Shown here piece after piece: positions 35,501-44,500 of a stretch of DNA of 64,000 nucleotides; the first letter of the stretch is position 1, and each line of letters begins with the position of its first letter. The notes under the pieces were generated by a model. The model saw only the letters and a list, made by a program, of their open reading frames with translations. It was not told where the DNA came from and ran no database searches. The stretch is from a virus. The position numbers were made by a program, and so were the translations under genes. The DNA lies in the IMG/VR virus record IMGVR_UViG_3300045988_174665, one strand, 5' to 3'.

Positions 35501-37509
35501 TTAGGATTAGTAATATAATTCTCTACTAATGGAGTAGCTTCATATTCTTTTTCTTGGTAACCATAATATGTTGTATTGCCCTTAGTATATAAATCACAGT
35601 ATTTATCTAATAGGGGATAATATCTTTTCTCTTGTGGGGAATAATATCTATCAGCTCGGTACAATAGATTTAGAGTGTAAGATAATATTAAAAAAGAACT
35701 ATTTTTAGTAGGAATTACAATATCATTATTTTTATAAGTAACATCACTAATCATATAATAATTTTGATTAGATATTTTATTACTACTTTCTAAAGGTGGG
35801 TCATCAAGATAATAAATACAAGACAAAGTATTTTTTTTAGCAGATACCTCTCCGTAGAAAAAGCATAATTTTCCTTCAGGCTTTAGATTAAGTGTTGTAT
35901 CTTCAAAAATTAATTGTCCTTTATTATTTAATTCACATTTTTTACAATTAATTGTATAAATTCCTTCTGGAATAGTAGCAATATAAATGTTATCTTCTAA
36001 GGTTTGAACCAAAAAATCTGATTTTGTTTTGTTTAAACTATAGTTCGTTTCTTGTATTGCCCGCTCTGCCAATTCAAAAATATTTCCTGTGTTATTTTCC
36101 AATTCTGTATTGTAAGTAATATTAAACCCTACCTTAGAAAGTTCATTTTTAATAAGGCTTTCTGCTTGGTAAGTAATCTTATAATTTTCAGTCATTTCGC
36201 TGATGTTTTTAATTATAAAATCATACCACTTATCTTTATATTTAAGTTTTACTTTTCTTTCATTAATTAAAAGAGGTAAATATGGGTTATCTATTAATTT
36301 TCCCGTTTTATTATCATAATATTTAGCATAGATAGAGAAAGTTAAAGTATTATCTTCATTTTCTTTTAGAGATAAATTACAATCAAATGCTGCGGCTGGA
36401 TTATTAGTATCTGCATCTTTTAGAGTACAAAGTTTGTTTTCTTTTATAAATGTATCTGGCTGATTTAATGGGGTAAATAGTAAATCAGTGATAGTTAGAT
36501 TGTCTAAAGCAGAAGAAATAGAATTTTCAGTTTCTCTACCTATTAATAATAGAAAATCTCCTTCTAACTTATAAGGGGTACACCAACCAATAAAAGTCTC
36601 GGGAAGGACAAAAACAGAATCTGTTCGTGGGCCAATACCCATTCTTTGCCAAAGACCAATGCGACGAGAATAACTACTGTTTAAACTAACAGTATCAATA
36701 ACGATATCAAAATTAAAAGTTTGGTTAAATACATCTCCTGTAGTTTGTAAAGATTGTAGCCAAAGTGATTGTTCACTATTTTCCCCGTTTTTCCAAACAA
36801 TATTTTGTTCTCCGGCTGAAACCATTGTTGTCATAGAGTCATCTGTGTATTGGATTAATTTAATTGAAGTAGCAGTCTTTCCTTCATTAGAAACCTTAAA
36901 ATAATATTTTGGAGGGATTATATCTTCCAGTGCATGAGAGCCTTTTTTAAATGAACCATCTTTAAAGAAGCTAACTAATTTATCTGTTCCAACTGGTTTT
37001 TGCAAATATAATTGTAATGTAAAGCCAAAAGAAGAGCGTGGGTCATCCAAAGTAAAATTATTTAATTGATAAATTACTCCATCTAAAGGAGTATTAGGTC
37101 GATACCCAACCTCAAGGCCCCTACTAATTTTATCCCACTCTTGTTGTGATAAAAATTGCCCAGTGGTAATTTTAAAATTTTTACATCTTAAAAAGATTTT
37201 ATGCCTTTTTTGTGGCTGTATCCAATAACTAGTAGTTCCTAAACCTTTTGCATAGGTTTTCAAAAAACTAAGGGAATATGATTGTGGAACTTCCGTAATG
37301 ATGTGACTAGACCCATATAAAGCTTCTTTTTTATTAATCATTTCAGGAGGATTTTTTTGAAATTTAAACTTATCATGAGTTGTAATAGGTTCTAAATAAT
37401 AACTTAAATCATTCAAGTCACTATAATATCCTTGACATATGTTTATATAATCATAATCTGTAGGCTTTTCCACATTTTCCCACAAACTAATCTCATATTC
37501 ATTATTCAT
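32581..37509 (-). CDS. tail tip / baseplate hub protein (Tal-like minor structural protein) with large extra domains
   Basis: Follows Dit. Internal region NTLTFSIYAKYYD...VKLKYKDKWYDFIIKNISE...YQAESLIKNEL and C-terminal EGTWMSEDFMDDNIYYFSA...FPKVSYTIDALEIS resemble conserved blocks of siphophage Tal/anti-receptor proteins. 1642 aa. Confidence 0.65.
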   Translation of the reverse strand: MNNEYEISLWENVEKPTDYDYINICQGYYSDLNDLSYYLEPITTHDKFKFQKNPPEMINKKEALYGSSHIITEVPQSYSLSFLKTYAKGLGTTSYWIQPQKRHKIFLRCKNFKITTGQFLSQQEWDKISRGLEVGYRPNTPLDGVIYQLNNFTLDDPRSSFGFTLQLYLQKPVGTDKLVSFFKDGSFKKGSHALEDIIPPKYYFKVSNEGKTATSIKLIQYTDDSMTTMVSAGEQNIVWKNGENSEQSLWLQSLQTTGDVFNQTFNFDIVIDTVSLNSSYSRRIGLWQRMGIGPRTDSVFVLPETFIGWCTPYKLEGDFLLLIGRETENSISSALDNLTITDLLFTPLNQPDTFIKENKLCTLKDADTNNPAAAFDCNLSLKENEDNTLTFSIYAKYYDNKTGKLIDNPYLPLLINERKVKLKYKDKWYDFIIKNISEMTENYKITYQAESLIKNELSKVGFNITYNTELENNTGNIFELAERAIQETNYSLNKTKSDFLVQTLEDNIYIATIPEGIYTINCKKCELNNKGQLIFEDTTLNLKPEGKLCFFYGEVSAKKNTLSCIYYLDDPPLESSNKISNQNYYMISDVTYKNNDIVIPTKNSSFLILSYTLNLLYRADRYYSPQEKRYYPLLDKYCDLYTKGNTTYYGYQEKEYEATPLVENYITNPNNFISTDGWKTLDTCNQNGKTAVTNLISLDLTSRIKTKDAALTRKASEVPILNWKLFGNTLHSRYNRFYFPCLYNTGFSDYSYTINQLNKGDKYALSISVLNNDMLPLNLLHPVIAKYNSNIENAALNESKENLITPYISFNNDTNNLASEKDIYTNSLVPVYYNNTVLKDGGAPLFFVQRYLANYWSTESNAVNFIKQVNFPSGTEYNPRDPDTSRIAYILTSREEGPGREMIKYFSGYGDYTGQKPKDGLNLREWTLQELINNKNTKLTYTFPQDGKQYYFSPINMIIWNENYFRYDVNGERKTTLESLWNDSTSKSLSYNGFRIFNNYSFYNPKTHATNITYAYKENYNRDTSTTWSKTKGLTKEVSGIPHEDMIDLLIMSNIWNVSGFTQTSTVKGEGIYGIYDLVAFGDYHYDDSKYGNLEYSDLIKDNFGLFILGDVVYSAGGESYVGIADCQLFKEYRDKDGNLIYPSEVNDNVNNTIYYYFNPGDNEGVIEANKMIYEYKGYYDDPSFIPKIDLTYEKKNSIVATESNVYDILLKLCETFDCWMDFEILHSERGDIEYDTQTYKPLKYLYFKRKQYQVNNAGFKYGINLKSIQRSIDSSNISTKLIVKSNSNEYGENGFCSIARAENNPIGENFILDLSYYINQGLISKKLFLKNYDNCCYLLRQLNNNNRQYSKNLGTYSILKSKYLAMVETYKLGVDNINKLLTEYYNNFYELTGKSYSNYLTKNNDSYFKEFKNNKLFTSYIETIKYYKKLIPAYKRIYRDYNNKYTTARKNYNSILTSINSISQQKVKILRDFYDKYAAFIQEGTWMSEDFMDDNIYYFSAIEKARENAFPKVSYTIDALEISALPEFKLYDFKIRDKTFIEDTEFFGWSDEEKITPYKEEVIVSEINHNLDNPAETKITIQNYRTDYEDLFQRMAATIKNVEYGTGNYSNVSSSLTTQNQLNNITTDINILQKQLNEIIR

Positions 37510-37522
37510 TTTTTATACCTCC

Positions 37523-38512
37523 TTAATAATATAAATAATCATAATCTAAAGTTACATCACGACCAGACCAGTCTGGGTCAACCGCCCCGCCTAGACGGTC
37601 TATTTTTAAATAACTAACTCCACAAGGAATTTGAAAAATATCTCCCTTTGTAATATATCCATTTACTATTATTTCCAATCCTTTATTATTTTTTAAAGTT
37701 ATAAGTTTAGTTAAGCTATTGATACAATAAGATTTAAATTGGATTCCTTCAAAATCTTCTCTAATTGAGGTTAAGCTTAAAACAAAATATTTAGCTTCTT
37801 CTTTGTTTTCATTTAATAAACTAATTTTAATTTCTCCTATAGAGGAATCAGTAGATAAATAATTAAAATTTAAAATAAAAGAAGTTTCTATATCGCCGGG
37901 ATTATATAAATTTAGAAGGTGGTTATTATCCTTATTTATTGTATCCTTTTCTATTCCATTTGCAGTTTTTTCTTCTATTCCACTAGCTTCAATCCACTCA
38001 TCTTTATTATTATAAATGAAATCCCATTCTGGAATATTATATAGATTATATTTTTCCTCATATTTAAAACGACTTCTTGCATAAGGGAAGTATGCTATAA
38101 AATTCAAAGTTCCTTCACCCTTATAAATTCTCTCCCCGTTTTCTTCAAAACAAATATATTTTAAATTGGGAGTTCCATTAATCTTTACTTTATATACTTT
38201 ATAAGGGGTTTCATCAAAAATTAAATCTTGCGGCTCTGTGTTGCTTAAAACTTGCTTTAATAATCGCAACTGTTTTTCTGTTAAAGAATCAAAAGCAATG
38301 GGGATATCAAAAATTCTTTGAGTGTAATCAGAACCAAAATAAAAAGTTTCATTTCTTCCAGTTACTGTCGCTGTTCTATCGGTATAAGTTGGAAGTAGGT
38401 TTTCAGTAAACCTACTTCCATCACTTACTCTTAAAATTCCCAGTTCGGAAGAATGAAACTTGCCAATTGTAAAGCCGATATAATCGCCCTTTAAAAGTTG
38501 CATTTGTTTCAC
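37523..38512 (-). CDS. distal tail protein (Dit)
   Basis: Lies immediately after the tape measure. The N-terminus (IGFTIGKFHSSELGILRVSDGSRF...TATVTGRNETFYFGSDYTQRIFDIPIAF) matches the siphophage Dit pattern. Confidence 0.75.
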   Translation of the reverse strand: MKQMQLLKGDYIGFTIGKFHSSELGILRVSDGSRFTENLLPTYTDRTATVTGRNETFYFGSDYTQRIFDIPIAFDSLTEKQLRLLKQVLSNTEPQDLIFDETPYKVYKVKINGTPNLKYICFEENGERIYKGEGTLNFIAYFPYARSRFKYEEKYNLYNIPEWDFIYNNKDEWIEASGIEEKTANGIEKDTINKDNNHLLNLYNPGDIETSFILNFNYLSTDSSIGEIKISLLNENKEEAKYFVLSLTSIREDFEGIQFKSYCINSLTKLITLKNNKGLEIIVNGYITKGDIFQIPCGVSYLKIDRLGGAVDPDWSGRDVTLDYDYLYY

Positions 38513-38516
38513 TCCT

Positions 38517-41500
38517 TTATCTCATAAAACTTATAGCGTTGACATTTCTATATCTTGCATCACTAGCAATAGATTTTTTTACTTGTTTTGCCAACTGTTC
38601 TACATCATAATCTTTCTCAATTTTATCTACATTTATGTTAACTTCTACATTAACATCTCCAGTAGATTGAGAAGGAATACTATTATTATTATTATTATTC
38701 TTCATTACACTAGATAACACTTCTTTTAGAGTTAAGAAATTTTGTGTATCTTTTGCGTTTAATATTAACTCTGGAGAACTCTTAGTACCATCTAACCAAG
38801 CTGGACCAGTAAAGTCTGCTAGACCACCTTTTTTATATTGAGGAACTGACTTGATGGCAGAAGATTTAAACCATCCAGTATATCCCGAAGTTTTGTGGTG
38901 TCTAACTAAAACATAACCATTCTGTTCGCTAAGTACAATATAATTAGGGTCATAATCAAAATATTGATGACCGCCGCCTTGTCCAGAAGAATTTGCATAA
39001 ATTCGAGTATTTGGGTCAACTTTAATTTTACTACCAACCCTATATTTTTTATTGTTAGAATTAGAACCTTGTTTTTTGCTTGAAGTAGAATTAGTTTTCT
39101 TACTTGTAGAAGTTTTAGTCCAATTTCCTCCAGTTTCTAAAGTTCTAAAGGTTCTACCATCGGGCATTAAGAATACATCATTATAAGTTGTGTAGCCTCC
39201 TTTACCCTTTACTCTAACACTACCATCTGATTGAATAACTCCAGTTTGTTGCTTACCATTACCATCAGTAAAAGTAATACCTTGACCGCCATAATAGCCT
39301 AATTTTTCGAGTTGCCTATCTTTTGCGTAGGTACTAATAGATATCTTAGCTGATTGTTCAAGAGTGTCTAACCAATCCATTTTTTGCATTGAAGATAAAC
39401 CAGAAAAAGTATCTTCTTTCTTTAACAATTTTTCTAATTCACTACCTTTTAATAACGCCCCAGTGGCAGTAGTTCCTTTGTTGATTAAAGTATAAACTTC
39501 ATTCCAATATTTACCTTCGTTTTTAGCAACATCTAATTGTGCCTGCATTATACTGATTTGAGTTTGACGTTGGTCAGAAGCTTTCTCGTTTTGTTGTTCT
39601 ATCTCACTCAATCTTTGGTCAATCAAATTATCAGTATAATCTTGTTCTTGATTAGTTAATTCTTCCTGTAATTGTTTTATAGCTAATTCGTTTGAACCCG
39701 AAGTATCTAATTGTAGATAAGCTAATTGTCTTTCTTTATCAGTAATTTCTTTTTCTGTTTTTTGATTATTGCGGTCTTGACGAATTTTATCTAAATTCTC
39801 TTGAATTGCACTCATCAAAGCATCATTACTATTATTAATAGTTTCATCTAAATTAGATAAGTTATCAATAATCTTTTGTTCTCGATTTAAAATAGCGTCA
39901 TAAACACGCTGTTCAAAATCCATCGTGTCTTCTCTACCTTGCTCTTCAAGTTCCTTTAAAGTATCAGTATATTCGTCAATTGCATCTTCTGCATCATTCA
40001 TAGAGTCTTGAAGTTCTTCCAATTTGGAAATATATTCTTCTATTCTATCCCCCAAATCATTATCAGTAACTCTATTAATATTGCCCCAATTAATTTCAAT
40101 TGTATTGTCTTTCCAGTTGTAAGCTGCGTATTTTTTAAGGTCAGAGTTCCAAGAAACAGTATCTTTGATTTCTTGTTTACGATTTACATACATTTGTTGT
40201 TGTAATCGTATTTCTTCTTCAAGAACTTTAACTTGACTTTTATAGTTTTTATAAATATCTTTTGCTGTTGATTTCCTATTCTCTAAAAGTCGGTCATATT
40301 TCTTTTCAAGTTTTTCTCTTTCCCTTAGTTTCGCATTAATATCAGCAGTTAAGTTATAAAGCCAATCATATGTATTTTTCCAAGGTTCTTCTTCTTTTGC
40401 AGAGGAAGACTTTTTTGTTGACGACTTTTTAGTCGAAGCCTTTTTGGTTGAGGCTTTTTTAGTTGAAGTATCGTAATCAGAAGTTTGACCTTCTTTTCTT
40501 TCATATCCACGAGCAAAACTAAAGAATTTTTGCTGATGACTTCCCTTTAAAATATCTTTGGTTTCATCAGCAGGGAAAATAACATCATCTTTATTAACTT
40601 TTGTAATTTCTGGGCCTTTCGCTCCCAGAAGTTTAGCTTCACCTTTTTTATTATAAGATAGCTCTGGACCTTCTTCACCAACCAAAGCATTGGAAGAAAC
40701 TGGAGCTTTTTTAGTTCCTTGGGCAAAAGACCAACCTTTTCCCGTTGAAAAAGTAGGGGGTTTATTTAAGTTGATTCCAAAAGTATTGGATAGAACTTTA
40801 CCGAATTGTTGAGGTGGTCCTTGTACTTCTAGGCTTTCATTATTTAAAATTTGATTTAACAGCTTAGCGTCTTCAATACAGTCTAAAATGGCCTGGTCTA
40901 TATTATTTCTAATATTAGTTCCCGCCTCACTAGTATCGACCGTAGTAAAACTATCTGTAATGGCTTGAGCATAAATAGTTGCGTCGGCTTTTGTTTGAGC
41001 TTCTTCTAAAGTTTTAGCAACCCCATTTTCTTGAACTTCAGTCAGCTCTAAATCATAACCCTTTAATTCAATTGTGCCATCTTTATTTTCTAAGTTATCA
41101 ATTTGTTTTTCTACTGCTTCGTAAATTAAATCATCTTTAACCCCTAAAGAAGAAAAGGTATTAACAAGTTCATCTAAAGAAGCTTTACCATTAATAAAGG
41201 GGTCTAGCCCTCTATTTTTCTTACCCCAAATTTCTTCCATAAGGGACTGGACATTTTTAAGTTGAGTTTCAGTATCGTCGTCGCTACCCAAATCAAAAAT
41301 TTTTATTTCTCCAGAATCTTTGATTCTTTTTTTAATGTCTTCTACGGTAGTTAATTTATCAATATTGATATCTAACTCTTTAGCTAAATCTTGCCATACT
41401 GTTAACTCATCTTTTCCATAAAGTTTACCATAATTAGTTAAATCTTTTGTATTGATAATAGTTTGTGTTTGTGTCTTTTGAACTTTTTCAACTGAACCAC

Positions 41501-44500
41501 TACCTACTTTAGTTTTCCATTCATTTTCTAAAGTACTAATTTGATATTCACTTTTCTTTAAGAAATCAGACCAACCTGCGGCATAATCATTCTCTCTTAA
41601 TTCTTGAGCTAAATCTCCAGAATAATTTTTAAAATCAGTGAGCATCATTTTAGCATATTCTTCGGTAACATTATAAGATTTAGCAATTTTTTTAACTACT
41701 TCATTAGTTGAAAATTTTCCGACATCTAAATCAATACTACCATTAGAAAGTAAAGATACTCCTAGCCCCTCTTTCTTTAGAGCTTGAGCATAATCGCTAT
41801 TTGTTGCCAAATCTTTCCAAGCACCATAAAGATTATTATAAAGTTTCTTTAACTTCTCTCCATAAACTTTAGTTGCTTTTTCTAAATCTTTATTAGCGGC
41901 TTTTTCAAAATCTTCACCAAAGAATAGGTCTAAATAGTTATATAATTGTGTATTACCATAAGCCCCTTCTTTAAGCCAATTGGCAACTTTTTCAACAATA
42001 TCATTAACTTTATCCCCAACCTCTCCTTCATCAATACCGGGGTCAAAATTGTCTAATAAATCAACTGATTCAGCTACTACATTATTTAACTGTTGAGTGC
42101 TATCTGCCAATTCTAACAATCCATTAGTTACATCCTCAATTCCTAAATCACCAGAACCAACTGCCGCAAGCGTATCTGCTAAAGTTTGGGCTGCTATATC
42201 TGTATTTTCTAAAACATTTTGAAGTTCAGTAGATTCTTCGGCATATTCTTCCACTTTAGAAGCAGTTATTTTATCGCCTTTTTTAAGGGTCTTAACAATG
42301 TCTTTCTGTATATCTTCAAAACTACTAGCTTTAAAGAATTCCTGCATTTGAGCACCGACACCATATGCTACTTGACCTACTTCTGCCATACCCTTAGCAA
42401 CTTTTCTAATTTCCTTGTTACTACTTGCTAATCCCTTTTTAATTGCAGTAGCACCCTCAATAGCGCTATCCCAATTAACATTTTCAAGGGTTGAAGAGAA
42501 TTTATCCATATATTCTTTAATGTATTTATCAGATTTATTAGATAGTCCATCAAAAACAGTGGATATTACTGAAGTAGTCCCTTTTTCTCCAAATTTTTTC
42601 AACAAAGTATTTTCAAAATTAGTTATAGAAGAGGCTTGTTGAGCGTTTAATTTTTGAATTACAGCGGAATAACTATTTAATCTTTTTTGGGTATTGTCAT
42701 TTTCAGTTGCTTTTATAGCTGTACCAAATAGTTGCTTTTTTTGCCGTAATTGCGTAGTATGTATATCGGTCTTTGCTTGCTCAAAAGCTTGAGTTAATTC
42801 TTCTACGGTTGTACCCATTTCAGAGGCTAGTTCACTTGCACTTTTATCCATTTTTTTCAAATAGGTATCAAAATTATCTAGTTTATTATAATCTAAAGTA
42901 GTATCTCGATTTAAAATTCCAATAAACTCTTTCTGGTCAGTTAATGCCATCTTAGAAATTGCCTCATAGGCATTATTTATATATTTTTGATAATTTTCGC
43001 CCACTTGTTGTGATGCTAATTGAAATCTCATCGCATCTTCTTCCATATCAGAAGCGATTTTAGAGATATCTCCACCGTAGAAAGCATCTGCATATTTTTT
43101 CTTTAGGTCGTCTCCGCCAACGCTATCAAGGTCTCTTTTTGCCTTTTCTACCTCTTCCTGTAAGTTGCCACTTATTTGAGATAATCCATTAGCTAATCCT
43201 TCTGATAAGCCAGAATTTTGTAAAGCGTCGCTAATCCCTTGTAACATTGTAGTTTTAATAGCAGAGGTATTTAATTGGTCTTTAGCCTCCTTCGCTAATC
43301 TACTTCCTTCAAAGTCAGCAGAACCATCTACACTTTTATAAGTAGCTGCAGAGCCACCACCTGCTGCTATTTTATCATTTAATGGAGAAAAAATATTTTT
43401 ATTTAAATCGGCTAGCATTGCTTGAATACTGTTAGCACTATAGGTAACACCATTAATTGTCAAATCTTTAGTATTAGCCTGAACCCAATTCCATACATCA
43501 GTTGATGTGTTTTCTAATCCAACTGCCGAATCTTTTAAAAGGTTTTGTTCTTCAACACTACGGTCGGTTGATGCCTGAGCCTCCTTTTTTATAGCTTCCA
43601 ATAAAGAATTATATTTTTCATAGCCTTCTTTAAAAGTTGCTCCCTCTTCAAGCGTCATTCCAGAATCCGAAAGCCCATAAACTTTTTCTCTTGCTGCACT
43701 TTCTTTTTCATTAATGTCTTTTTGCTGTTTTAAAAGTTCGGTATATTGAGAGCCAACAAGAGTGGAAGTTTGTAATTTAGAAACTTTTTCCCCTTCTTCT
43801 TTAAGAAGTTCATTTTGCCCCTCTTCATTTAAAGTTAACAGACCAGATTTATCAGTAGTAATATATTTGGCTAATTGAGGATAAGTTTCAAGCAACTTAA
43901 CAACTTCTTCATTAGCTTTAATTAATTGGTCCTTCCATTCACTTGTGCCAACTGTTAAATCTTCTAAAGATTTAACTATTTCATTATAATTATCAAAAGA
44001 TTCCTGTAAATCATCATAAGCCGTTTTCGCATCGTTAGCAGCTTCTTTAGAATCTTTTAAGGCTTGGGTGGCTTGCTCAATTTTATATTCAATTGAAGCT
44101 TTTTTAATTGCATCGGCAATCCACCAGATGGCTCCAGCTATAGCTGCTAGTCCTGCTAAAACCCAACCTACTGGCATTGATGCTATAGCGGCATTTAAAA
44201 CTGAGGTCGCACTTGCTGCACCATTGGCAGCAATAGCCTCTACCTCTTCTGCCGAAGCTAATCCTAAAGATTGCATTATTGCTAATCTTTTTGCTTTATT
44301 ACAGAATAGTAATGCTGCATAAGACCTTGCTTTTATACCAATACCAACATTTTCTTGATTATTTTCTGCGATTAAGTTTAAGAAATAACGCTTAGAACCA
44401 TCAGATAATTCATCATTAAGACTTATTCTCTCTGATATTTTTGCGGTATCTTTATTTAAATAAAGAAGAGATTGTTTATTGGTGTCAAGTCCTAACTTTT

